From assembly GCA_051942245.1 (NCBI GenBank), contig JAVECL010000044.1, forward strand, positions 1-64,000: a DNA stretch of 64,000 bases, read 5' to 3'. This document shows, piece by piece, positions 49,973 through 62,222 of this stretch. Numbering within the stretch: position 1 is the first letter of the stretch; each line of letters starts with the position of its first letter. The notes below the pieces were generated by a model that worked only from the letters and a program-made list of their open reading frames with translations, searched no databases and was not told the DNA's origin. This stretch comes from Trypethelium eluteriae (lineage: Eukaryota). The position numbers and the translations under genes were made by a program.

Positions 49973-50933
49973 TTTCACTGCCCGGTACGACTCTTAATGT
50001 GACTAGTGCACCGTACGAATTTGAAAGGATGGGGAAGTGGCGTCAGCAGGAGGCGCAATTTTCAGAGCAGCCTATCTTGGATGTCCAACTTGGTACTTAT
50101 CGGGGCCTGAAGTGTAGAGGGAGTATTTGCCTCTGGACGAGGCGCGTGTGACCCAGGGAAACACGCGTTGAAGAGGGTTGAACTTACCGTATTCCGTATT
50201 ATTCCATGTAAGGCTGCCTGTTCACAATGATGTGGACACGCAGAGAGGAAGAAATGGATGTTAAAACTGGTTCCTGCTCAGGTCTAACCACTTTCACTGG
50301 CTTACCAATCTTTTGCGGGTCCACTGTGTTACTCATTTTCGACCATTTACTCCATACTTAGTCCGTACAGCACACCTCAACGGTATTTTCGTCTTCCATC
50401 TATGTTGGGATGGCGTTTGGGTTGAGAACAGACGAGTCAAAGGCTTATTATGTCCTATGTACTTGTAAACCTAATCTTCGGTGTCACTGGACACTTGCAA
50501 CGTCGTAAATCATGCCAAAACCATTAGAAAGCAGAAGTCCATGAAGAACCTAAGTTCTAACCTTTTCTTGTCTTCAGTCTCCTTCAGACGTTTCTTCCAT
50601 CCCAACGAATATCTAAATTCCTTGTCTGTCTGTCTACATCACACATGCACTGACGACGACAGCCTCGGTGGATACCGTACCAAACTTTCTTTTCAGGCAG
50701 AACAACAATGGACGTCCGGCGTGTCCTCAACAGTGATCGCATCATCTGTATAATCTCGCACATTTTTCTTCAAAAAGGCATTGCGTCGCTGCAGTTTCTT
50801 CATCACATCCTGAGATCCCACAGTGTCCCAGATCTTTCGCTTGAAGCAAGCTCCAATTAAATTCTGCTGCTCGATACTTTAGATATCCTACAGACTATCC
50901 TTGGTATTTCCAAGTCAGTCTCCACCGCTCAAA

Positions 50934-52388
50934 ATGCCCATGTTCGAAGACGATGATTTTTGTGTGGACCGACCAATTTCCCCTCCCAAATCACCTGAGC
51001 TTCACAGAGTCCAGCTCAGTGACGGCTACAGGAGCAGCCGCAGTAATCCTCAGTCCCCCAATGCAGACGACGGGCTAAACAGAAACGAAGCAATCGAAGT
51101 TCCTGCGACTCGATCCTCCATTTCGGACGCTCAAAACTACATGCACAATCTCAGCCTTTCCCCTTCGATGAAAGACCGTCGTGGTTCTCGCAATTCTCTC
51201 GGCACCTCTCTCCCAATTCCCAGTCGTGAGTCCCGGAGGTCTATGCTCTCCTGGTATTCTGCAGTTCCCCCTCATGATGGCTGCAAGGCCTGTTCGAGCA
51301 TGCCGCCAGCGCAGCCAACCCGGGAGATTCTTGCTTCACAACTGCAAGACATCTCCAGCTCAAAGGTAGCTGCTGTGAAGGACATGGCCTTTGTCTTCGA
51401 TATTGACGGCGTCCTCGTCCACGGTGACCGCCTTATTCCTGAAGGCCAGCGCGTTTTGCAAATCTTGAATGGCGATAACGAGCTGGGAATTAAGATTCCT
51501 CACATTTTCCTTACTAACGGTTCCGGTAAGCTCGAACAAACCCGCGTCGACCAACTCTCCAAGATCTTGAAGTCTCCAATTTCTATCGACCAGTTCATCC
51601 AATCTCATACCCCTATGTCTGCCCTTGCAGAGTACTACTCGACAGTTCTCGTCGTGGGTGGCGAAGGTTATCGCTGCCGGGAGGTCGCCTACGACTATGG
51701 CTTCCGGAACGTTATAATCCCGCACGACGTTGTTGCCTGGGACCCAACTATCGCGCCATATCGTACACCGACTCCCTCCGAGCGTCGTGCCGCTTGGCCG
51801 CAGGACTTCAGCCAAACCAACATCGAAGCCATCATGGTCTTCTCTGACTCTCGCGACTATGCCACCGACATGCAGATCATCGTTGACTTGCTGCGCTCGG
51901 AACACGGACGTCTTGGCACGGTGGCTCAGGATCCCGTCGCCCAGCGGATTCCGATTTACTTTTCGCAGGGAGACCTGCTATGTCCGACTGAGCATCCCAT
52001 CCCCCGCCTGTCACAGGGCGCCTTTCGTATCGGGCTCGAGGCCATGTATAAGGCGTTGACAGGGGTAGACCTCGAGCGCGTGATCTATGGCAAGCCAGAG
52101 CTGGCGACTTACAAGTACGCGGACGAAGTGATTGCAGGGTGGTTGATGTATCTTCACGGAGAGGAAAAATTACCCAAGAATATCTACATGATAGGCGATA
52201 ACCCAGCATCGGATATCGTGGGAGGAAATATGTATGGGTGGAATACATGTCTTGTTCGTACAGGAGTCTATCAGGGCGAGGGAAACGATCGCGATAATCC
52301 CGCAAGTTTTGGCGTGTTTAAGAACGTCTTGGAGGCTGTGGAGACGGCTATCGGGAAGGAATTGGGAAAGGACTTCAAATTGGAATGA
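50934..52388 (+). CDS. HAD-superfamily hydrolase, subfamily IIA (CECR5-like)
   Basis: Motif I FVFDIDGVL, motif II FLTNGSG, motif III YGKPE and motif IV YMIGDNPASDI..G..YGW...LVRTG. Confidence 0.92.
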   Translation: MPMFEDDDFCVDRPISPPKSPELHRVQLSDGYRSSRSNPQSPNADDGLNRNEAIEVPATRSSISDAQNYMHNLSLSPSMKDRRGSRNSLGTSLPIPSRESRRSMLSWYSAVPPHDGCKACSSMPPAQPTREILASQLQDISSSKVAAVKDMAFVFDIDGVLVHGDRLIPEGQRVLQILNGDNELGIKIPHIFLTNGSGKLEQTRVDQLSKILKSPISIDQFIQSHTPMSALAEYYSTVLVVGGEGYRCREVAYDYGFRNVIIPHDVVAWDPTIAPYRTPTPSERRAAWPQDFSQTNIEAIMVFSDSRDYATDMQIIVDLLRSEHGRLGTVAQDPVAQRIPIYFSQGDLLCPTEHPIPRLSQGAFRIGLEAMYKALTGVDLERVIYGKPELATYKYADEVIAGWLMYLHGEEKLPKNIYMIGDNPASDIVGGNMYGWNTCLVRTGVYQGEGNDRDNPASFGVFKNVLEAVETAIGKELGKDFKLE

Positions 52389-52997
52389 AGTGACAAGATG
52401 AATCCAGTGCGGCGCAGTGCGCCACCTATTTCTGCTATCGAGTAGATGTACTTTGGTCATGGTTCGGAGCCATATGCTGCAGAACGGGGGAAAGTACAGA
52501 AAGAGCAACAGGAAGGGTTCTGATGCGTTTCTCGCTGACTTTCAATAAAATGTCGTATCATAACTTATTCATTAGTCGTCTGTAGATATGATAGTCTGCT
52601 ATCATCCAGAAGGCTCCCCTTCGTGATCCTTTGAAGGTTAAACTATCTACCACTGAAATCGGAGATTCGACAATCTGTCCATACAAGTGGTAGAGTACTT
52701 GCAAGCTTAAAAGCGGCCTCCACCTTCGATCGTACCAACTCTATCGAAGTACCTAGCCTCCTCAGCCATGCACCCTATAAGGGAATTGCATCCCTTTTGA
52801 TGCCCAGCAAGTCTCTTTGCGTGAAATTTGCCATCTCGCTTCTGCCCCAAATCCCACCAACTCCCCCCGTGTGTTCAATTCCCTTTCTTCTGCCGCTACA
52901 GAACATCCGCACAGCAGGCGATGGAAAACTATTTGAGGTAGCTCTGTGTTACTTGATAATAAATTGTCTGTTATGTAGGAGATACCCGCTCGGTGCT

Positions 52998-53027
52998 GGA
53001 CAAGACAAGACAAGACAAGACAGACAA
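52998..53027 (+). repeat. Pentanucleotide microsatellite (GACAA)n
   Basis: GGACAAGACAAGACAAGACAAGACAGACAA. Confidence 0.8.
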
Positions 53028-53178
53028 TTCTCAGGCTGGCTAAACCCATTCCGGCCAGCAGGCATCTCGACCTATATGGCGGTTAGGTCTTGAACGCCCA
53101 CCGAACGTTGGCGGCTCTCGTAGCCAGGAAGAACAGATCGGACGATCCGAAACTCGATCGAGAAGTGAAGCCTTGGAT

Positions 53179-54462
53179 TCAGCCAAGGCTCAAGCCATTC
53201 AAAAGTTCCAGATTCATTGATTCGGTCGTGGGCGAAGATTCTCGTTGACTCGTAAAGCTCTTAGGCATTGGCCCCGCACCCGGATCAAGCTCCGTTGAGA
53301 AATACTCTCGAGCAATAGACATTACCCAAGCAACATCATGGTACTTAGCTTGAGATAATAGGACTTGAGCAGTGTCGAGGAGGAGCTTCATATGAGTAGC
53401 ATTCTTAACGAAGGAAGTTGAATGCGAACCAAGTTTTAACCGTTTTCGGATATAGGAAATGGCAGGCTCAGCGTCTGGGATCTCCGGATGCCGCAGCATC
53501 AGTTGCGCGCGGTACAAATCCAAATCATTATCCAGGTGAGATGCCACTTGGATGAACCTATCAAATACAGCCGGGTCTTTAGGTTCGAGGGTGCCCTTAA
53601 TCATCTGCTTGCTGAGGTGCTTCCATAGTTTTGCGACTAGGGCCTTTCTCACAGCAGCGTCGGGGTTAAGTGTCGTTCGACCCATTGCATGGAATAGTAT
53701 ATCCAGTGCACTCTCAGCAGTGTTCGATATTGCCACTCGAGCCCTAGCAAGAAATACCAATAGCAACATTTGTTTGTTTGTCAGATCCATTAAATCATCG
53801 CCACATCTAAGTGTCTCTAGGCGATGGACCCATAACCAGATCTTCTTCTCAAAGCCATGGCTCACCAACAAATGGACAGTGTCGCTCGTAAACTGATCAT
53901 TGCAGACAAACTCGAGCGAATCTTCCGAACCAGTAGCCCAAAGGTAGCCAGATAGCGCAACCGCTGCCCGATGTTTGTATTGTGCTTTTTCAGGCGAGTC
54001 GGATATCTTTGAGACCATAGTGAGGTAGGTGCGAGCGACTTCCATAGAGGGTGTACCCTGCACATTTTGATCTTCAAACCATTCCACTGGTTCATTGATG
54101 ATTCTTCGGAGCCTCACATCTGCACTTTCTGTACTTGCAGTTGTCCTATTCAGTGATAGGCGCCCGCGCGATGTAGATAGAAGTGGATTGCTAAGGATGG
54201 ATTCCAAGACATTGCCGACAGACACTTGAGGTGAAGGACCAGATCGGGCATCAGGGCTTTCTTGAGCACAATCCATAGGTGGTCGATATTCTGTAGGCTT
54301 GGTATCACCAGATGCACCATGGGGATGTTCCTTTTCCAGATGCTGGCGGAATGAAGATGTGAGCATGTTGAGCAACTGCTGGGATTCTCGCGGGTTAAGA
54401 GGTAGCTGAGGGTGTATCTTGGAGGCCAATGCCTTGAAGGCGAGAACACGGGAGGATTGCAT
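53179..54462 (-). CDS. Conserved hypothetical Pezizomycotina protein, probably mitochondrial
   Basis: 427-aa intronless ORF with a basic N-terminus and the motif LASKIHPQLPLNPRESQQLLNMLTSSFRQHLEKEHP. Confidence 0.8.
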   Translation of the reverse strand: MQSSRVLAFKALASKIHPQLPLNPRESQQLLNMLTSSFRQHLEKEHPHGASGDTKPTEYRPPMDCAQESPDARSGPSPQVSVGNVLESILSNPLLSTSRGRLSLNRTTASTESADVRLRRIINEPVEWFEDQNVQGTPSMEVARTYLTMVSKISDSPEKAQYKHRAAVALSGYLWATGSEDSLEFVCNDQFTSDTVHLLVSHGFEKKIWLWVHRLETLRCGDDLMDLTNKQMLLLVFLARARVAISNTAESALDILFHAMGRTTLNPDAAVRKALVAKLWKHLSKQMIKGTLEPKDPAVFDRFIQVASHLDNDLDLYRAQLMLRHPEIPDAEPAISYIRKRLKLGSHSTSFVKNATHMKLLLDTAQVLLSQAKYHDVAWVMSIAREYFSTELDPGAGPMPKSFTSQRESSPTTESMNLELLNGLSLG

Positions 54463-54923
54463 GGCGGAGAAGTCGATTGCAATCCTCCCTTTGAAGATTT
54501 GCCGCCAGCGGATGCTGATGTTTGTCGTGTGATCTGGGTAATTATTTGGGTGGTAGGTAATACGGAAACGGAGTACCTATTGTACGCAAGGACCTCGATC
54601 CACTAGACATGGACACGTGACGAACAGGAAGGAGCCCGGCCGAGCACCGCCAGGCGCGCAAGAGCTTCTGACTGACCAAATTCACTGCTGAACTCACTTG
54701 CCCACCAGATTCCCACTTCGCCCAGGTGTCGTCACGACGCGTGGCTCACACACTTCATTTGCATGAGGACTTATTCGGCCCTTTCTTGAATCGGCCGCGC
54801 GCTTCGCTGGCATACCTCCGTACCCGTCCAAACCCCTAACAGCTCTCCTCAAGATTTCCATCGACTACCTTCTCTCCTCCCAGACCCCATTTCCTCTCAG
54901 AAGGATACCATACACATTTCACA

Positions 54924-57900
54924 ATGACTGATACACAAACACGAGGCGCTCCCGCGCGTGGCAGAGGCTCAGCTCGAGGTGGTCGTGGAGGATTCGGCCG
55001 GAGCGCACGCGGGGCCAACCGACAGGCGAATGGCGACAATGCCAAAGACGCAGTAGATATCGTGGCTCCAGAAGATGAAGGTGAACTGGGCGAAATGAAG
55101 AAACAATATGCTTCACAAATGGTCATGCTTCGAGAACTGTTCCCGGACTGGAATGAGATCGACTTGGTATTCGCTTTACAGGAAACGGACGGCGACGTTC
55201 AAACAACAATTGACAGGATCACGGATGGTAAGTAGTCTGTCTGTGAGAAATTTCAGAAGGACACTGGGACTGGACTCCTGGCACGACATCTGAGCCTCCT
55301 GCTCTCCGTCAGATGCGTCCAGGTGAAGTGCATTCGATATTCTCGCGCAGGATTCTTTTCTGTTTTTCTATAAAAAAAAAAAAAAAAGCAAACTACGAAT
55401 GCAGGCTGACTGTGTCATATAGGCAACGTATCTCAGTTCTCGGAAGTCCCAAAGAAGACCAAAGAGAGGTCCAGGTCCAAAGTCAAGGAGCCTACAAAAG
55501 ATGGTGCAGAGACAGCTCCACCCTCAGCTCGAGGGGCTCGCGCCCGAGGCGGCTTTGACAGCGCACGCGGAACTCGAGGACGCGGTCGTGGAGGTGCTCG
55601 AGGAGGTCGAGGGGGCAGACAGGCAGCAGGGGCATCTCTACCTCCCACAGCTGATACCCCAGCCTTTGATACGCCTCCCGTCACCGATGTGGCTGATAAC
55701 TCTTGGGATCAATCTTCTGGAGGAGATAGTCATGCCCCCGCAGAGACAACAGCTACATCAGCCTCAGATGGGCAGAAGAGCACCTTGGTTCCTGAAGGTG
55801 GGGCCAAGAAAAGCTGGGCAAGCATTTTTGCAACGCCGAAACCTGCGCCACCTTTGGCCAAACCAGTCACTGCGGTATCCAGCTTGCCCGAGGATACCTT
55901 ACCTCCCGAATCGGCCATTGCCGTGGAAGAGAGCCTCCAGCCCAACGGAATTGAATCAGAAGTCCCGGTTCCGCCGCAGATTGAAGAGACATCTCCTGTA
56001 GAGCCGCCGCTGACTGACACAGCATCCAATGACGCCTCGCTACCTGAAATAGCAAGTGTAGATATCACACCCTCGAAAGATGAATTGACCGAGGATAATC
56101 TAGAGCATCTTCCTGATGTATCTAATCCAGCTCCTGTAGGCACTGCGGCAAGCAACGCGCCGAGCTCCAGGGATCCTCGAAGTGTTACTGGCAACGTAAC
56201 CCCTTTGACTGCGGCTCAACAGCAAGCGCCCATCGGGCGACCTCCCGTAGGTGGTTATGCGACGAATGCTTTCCGAGCCACTGGCCAGCCCGGGCGCAGC
56301 GCAAGCTTCCAGAGGAAGATTTTGGAGCAACAAGAGGCGGTCGTTATGCCTGGAAACCATGCTGTCGACAGGGCTGCTGTCCAATTTGGTAGTATGGGAT
56401 TAAATGGCGATACTGATGCCGCTCCGTTGGACGTCGATGAAGACCGTGAAGAGGCTGAGACCCGCACTCAGCCTCCACACCCATCACCTCCATCCCAGCC
56501 AAGGGCGTCCTTACCTCCTGCTCCCCGTCAGCCACAAGCGCCTACGGCGGATGCACCATCATCTCAAGAAGCATTCGGTACGCCGAAGCAAGCGCCAGGC
56601 TTGCCAGCTGTACCGCAACAACCACTCCCCCAAGAAAACATTGGCGCACCGGGTCTCTCCCAACAAGTCAGCCAAGTGCCTCCTGGCTATGGCCAATTCG
56701 GAGGTCGCTATGGCCAAGCGAACGCCCAGCAGGAAACCTCGGCTCCTACCCAAAAGCCCTATGATCCCTTTGGTCATCAGGGTATCCCACCGAGTCAATT
56801 CGACTACCCTGCACATTCTCAAGCACCTGGGCAGCAACGACAGCAAGGGCTTGGTGGCTTCACATCAGCGACGAATGACGTATCCTCATACTACACAACG
56901 GATGGGCAGCGTAATGCTTATCAAAACTATTATGGCGGAGGGTTTGGACATGATGCTTCAAGCCAACAAGATGTCGGAGCATCACAACAGAGAACAGCTA
57001 GTGGTTTTGGAGCGGCAGCTGGCGGATCAAACTTCCCAACCAGCCAAGCGCAACAGGTATGACGTTCTGTTAGATTACGACTCTCGATCCGCTCTTCGGT
57101 GTCAGCAGCCATACGGTACCCTTTCCTCTTTGCACAGATGCTTACGAGTTTGCCTTTTCTCTTTTATTGTCCTGATCTCTAGAGACTACTTCTAACTTGA
57201 ATTCGACAGAACCCGACACGTTATGGTGACACCCAAAACAGCGGACAGAACACTCCAAACCCCACGCCAGGGACGCAAAATTCAGGTTCACAAATGCAAC
57301 AAGCCCAGCAAATCCATCAACAGCCTCACAATCAGGGTGGACACGGTGGAAATTTCCCCTACGGTCACCCGTACTACAATAGTCCATACTACGCTGCTTA
57401 TATGAACCAATATAACAGTGCATACGGTGGTCAGGGTTATGGTGGCGCCCCTTTTGCTGCCAAATCAGGTATGTACGGCCAGCCGCATCATGGCTATGGT
57501 ATGAACCCGCAATCTGGGTATGAATCAACATCCCCAGGAAATGCGAGCGGATTTGGCCAGGTCAGTCAAGGAGGAATGCATGGTCGCGATAGTGGGCTGG
57601 GCAGCAGTCTCGGTGGTGACTTCAGCCGTGCAGGCTCCACACCCTCTCAGACACAGCAGCATTCTACCGGCAACAACGCATTTGGTGCAGCTTCGGATCC
57701 CTTTGGACGTTCGCAAGGCGCTTACCAAGGACAAGGACCGTCGTCGTACGGCCAGCAACAGAACACCACCCAACAAGGTACAGACGAGTCACTCAAGGGG
57801 TTTGGAGAAGCGTCGAAGACAGGTACCGGACCTAGCCCTTCCTTAAGTCAGCAGGGTCGACCGGGTTCTACAACGAATGTTTCTAGTCAGGCAGGCCAAT

Positions 57901-58124
57901 CCGGCCTCCCTCCTCCGCAGTCCCATCAACAAGGTTTCGGTGGATATGGCGGCCATCTTAACACGCTCGGCGGCAATCAAGGCTCTGGCTATGGTGGCCT
58001 TGGCGGGCTCGGCGGTCACCAGACTGGACAGGGGGGCGGATACAACAACTATGGCGCTGGGTTTGGAAATGCGTATAGCGGTGGATACAATCGCGGTGGA
58101 TGGGGTGGGAACTATGGACACTAG
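54924..58124 (+). CDS. DEF1: RNA polymerase II degradation factor 1 (CUE domain, RGG motifs, Q/G/Y-rich)
   Basis: RGRGSARGGRGG N-terminus, CUE-like ELFPDWNEIDLVFALQETDGD, QQEAVVMPGNHAVDRAAVQFGSMGL and a prion-like Q/G/Y C-terminus. Introns at about 55229-55422 and 57057-57209. Confidence 0.9.
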
Positions 58125-58884
58125 CCGGACTCCGTAATCTCTAGTCTGTGGGCTCAAATTGCACTGTGGGGAAATGATGGGATCTTTTGCTTGCACTCGA
58201 TTTGCTCGGTTTCTTTAGTGGACCTGCGAACTCTGGGGAAAAAGATTGATTGTACGATGACGGGGGCGTTCTTCTGATTTTCAATTTGCCCACACGCCAC
58301 CTTTTGTTGGTCTCTCCTCTCTCCTCGAGACATCTGCCATGTTCACCTTTTCTTCTTTTTCCTTCAACAACTATTACTGGTTGTGGCGCGGATGGTTTTC
58401 CACACAAAATTTCCTGCGGCTACGATAGCAGGAGCGTCTGTATTATGGATCTTTCGAAGATGAGGAAAGGGCATGCCTCAGAATGCACCTTATGTCTTGC
58501 TCACTAATACTGCGATAAGAACTGGAATAAGTTGACGCATAGGATAGAGAATCCAATGGAATTCTCCGGGCGTCATGAGCCATTGTGCCATCTTTCTTTA
58601 TGGCTGTAGTTGTTGGTTGTGTACTATATGATGTCTATCTGCATTTTTACTCAGCCTCGAGATACGTCGCATAGTACGCTCCGTGGACTGCCGTCCGACC
58701 ATAGGCGTGCTCTGCTTTCAATCGGATTTGAGCAGCTTTTGGACAAGGATCCACGGCGGTTTGCCAAATTTGGCTCACGTGGGTAAGCCTGGATGGCATT
58801 GTACAAGACCCTCCAAAGAAGCCGCTGTCGACTCGTCGAAAATTGAGGCAAGGACTGATGCAGCTTGCTCTCAACCCCCTCGTA

Positions 58885-59955
58885 TTATGATGATTGTTCC
58901 ATGCCGGGCAGGCCCTCTTTCCCACCCATTTCTCCAACAAAATCGTCAAAATCAACTCCCTGCGCCTGAAACAACTCTCTAGCCTGCCTCACTGCCTCAG
59001 CCTGCCTCTGCTCCGTGAATCCGCCCTGCTGACTGCTTTCGTACTGTACAATCTCAATCCACCTAAAAAACAGACTTTCCTTCCCCATCGCTGTCAATCG
59101 GTCCTTGAACGCCACAATCTTCTTTCTCGCCTCCTCTTGATCGGCACCTTGCTCTACATCTAATCTCCACACCTCCCACGCCAACCACCCGATCTGTGGT
59201 CCTCCATAGCACCATACACTCTTCTCAAACCTCTCTTCCTCCACCTCTCCCGCATCCACTGCCTTAGTTGCCCTCACCATCGCCCCAAAGTCCAAATCCC
59301 AACTCTTATCCATCATCAGATACCCCGTCTTCCCCCTCACATAGCCCCTCTCAATCGCCGGCATCACCCTCGTCTTCCACCAAGGACTGTCCTCCGCCGC
59401 CCTCCTCCCATCCCCCTCACCAACCAACTCCTCGACGCCCCAGCGGCGCGAGACGCGGATGTAGATTTCACGCGCGCGGAACCCGCACTTCCAGCGCCAG
59501 GTCACCGGGTTCTCGGGCGCCTCGAGCAGGAAGGTGACGGGCCAGGGCAGGATGATGCGGAGCAGAAACCAGTCGAGGAGGAACATGACGGCGCGGCCGA
59601 AGACGAGGCGCAGCAGGGTGGCGCGCGCGGTCGCCGAGATGTCGATGCTGTACGGGGTTGGGTTGCCGAGCGCGGCGAGCACGATGGAGAAGTAGGTGGG
59701 GAGGGCGTGGGTGGTGCGCCAGAGGAGTAGGACCACAATGGTGAGGTTGAGGAGGGTGGGTACTGCGAAGACTTGTTGCTTGAGTCGGCGGGGATGGGTA
59801 TCAATGTGGGTGATGTAGACTTTCGAGGGGTCGAGGGTGGAGAGGAAAGGCTGGAGAGAGGAAGGGGCGAGGGAGAAGGGAGGGGGAATCGTGGTTGAGG
59901 TTACGGTTGTGGAGGTTGAGGGTACTGAGGTGCGTTTATTTGCGGAACGCGCCAT
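58885..59955 (-). CDS. Conserved hypothetical fungal membrane protein
   Basis: 356-aa intronless ORF with LDPSKVYITHIDTHP, two hydrophobic segments, KTGYLMMDKSWDLDF and GKESLFFRWIEIVQYES. Confidence 0.82.
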   Translation of the reverse strand: MARSANKRTSVPSTSTTVTSTTIPPPFSLAPSSLQPFLSTLDPSKVYITHIDTHPRRLKQQVFAVPTLLNLTIVVLLLWRTTHALPTYFSIVLAALGNPTPYSIDISATARATLLRLVFGRAVMFLLDWFLLRIILPWPVTFLLEAPENPVTWRWKCGFRAREIYIRVSRRWGVEELVGEGDGRRAAEDSPWWKTRVMPAIERGYVRGKTGYLMMDKSWDLDFGAMVRATKAVDAGEVEEERFEKSVWCYGGPQIGWLAWEVWRLDVEQGADQEEARKKIVAFKDRLTAMGKESLFFRWIEIVQYESSQQGGFTEQRQAEAVRQARELFQAQGVDFDDFVGEMGGKEGLPGMEQSS

Positions 59956-60404
59956 GATTGAGAGCTGCTTGGTGTTGAGTATGGGAGTTGAATAGGATTC
60001 TGATGGCCCAGAATTGGGCGACTTAATGTTATCTGATCATGTCGGGAGGTGTTTGTGGGATTGACTTAGGGAGAAAGGCAACTGCCCGTAAAGAAACCTG
60101 AAGCTGGACCCTGCACGCCACCCCTGCCAGGACCAATATCATCGCAGTGAAGCTGCCAATGTCGATTTTCACATTGTCGTCCTAAAAGGGGCTATTGATG
60201 TACGAGAATTTATGAAGTGTCAATGCACCTCTTAGGGCTTCAATCAAGTTACTAGGACATGTAGTCGCTCGTATTGGAAGATATCGGCTTCTATCTTGCA
60301 CTACTTGAACGGTAAGCTAACATAGACCAATCCTGTTTTATAGAAACACTTTTTGGATATCTTCCTGACACCACAGCGCCAACCCTCGAAACGCTCGCAT
60401 TCTC

Positions 60405-61294
<890 letters not shown>

Positions 61295-62222
61295 CTAAGC
61301 TGAATAAGGTTAGGTAGAGAGACTTCACATGCTGGTGCATCTTTCCCCAGATTCCAACTTTCGTACTGAGTCCGTGCTTCTTTGCGCCCTCCATGTATCG
61401 TCATTACCATCGCCCAAGGACCTGCAGTATCGCTCCCCGAGAATCAGCTTGGACACCGAGTAGCTCGTAAAGTCAAGAACCTAATTTTGTCTGCCCAGAA
61501 AGTCGAAATTCAGAGCTGGCGAGCTTGATGAGCTCAAGTACTGGAACATATCGACGATTGATAAACGTATCAGTTTACTCGTTTCTCCGTAAACTTGAAC
61601 CTCGTCAAGCCATATTTCAGCCTACTGGTCGGTCGTGATTCCAGGATTATATGGATTGTTGAAATGGCTGCTACCGTTGCAGGATCAATCAATTCAATCA
61701 TGATCTCTGTTTTCGCATACGCTGCCAATGGTTCCGAGTGCAGATCGGCTATCAATCCCGATGAACGCTACCTAGTTTCTAGCGTCATGGGTACTTAACT
61801 TCTGCAACGGCTATCTATCTAACACAAAGCTCAACGAGTAACACGCCTCGAAATAGCTGCGAATCCTGCATTGACGCTGAGGAAACTCTGCGGTAAGCAT
61901 TGACTAAATCGTGACGTAATGCAGGGACAGAAGAGCACCACGGACCGCAAGACTCTTCCAAGGGTTTCGCCCAAGCCCCTGAGTTGAAGAATTGCCGGAT
62001 GACAGAGTCAAATTTCCCGCAAACTAATGACCTCAGTCCAGTGTATTATTGGCAGTCATGGCACGGTGGGTCTCTGACGAGCATGTCCTTCCCGCCATGC
62101 CAAGGTTTGTGCATTTTCTGGAGCTCTCAAATACTAGATGGAGACATTGAGCCTTTCTCGTTCGTCACCCTTTTGTCTTATACTGCCTCTGATCCCCTCG
62201 AACAATATAGCTGCCTCTCAAC

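Noticed and set aside
47213..52388. Secondary-metabolite cluster (P450 + reductase + hydrolase)
   Set aside because: No PKS, NRPS, terpene synthase or pathway regulator in the window.
55372..55387. Poly-A run as a retroposon tail
   Set aside because: It lies in DEF1 intron 1 with no TSD or upstream retro-element similarity; a simple homopolymer.
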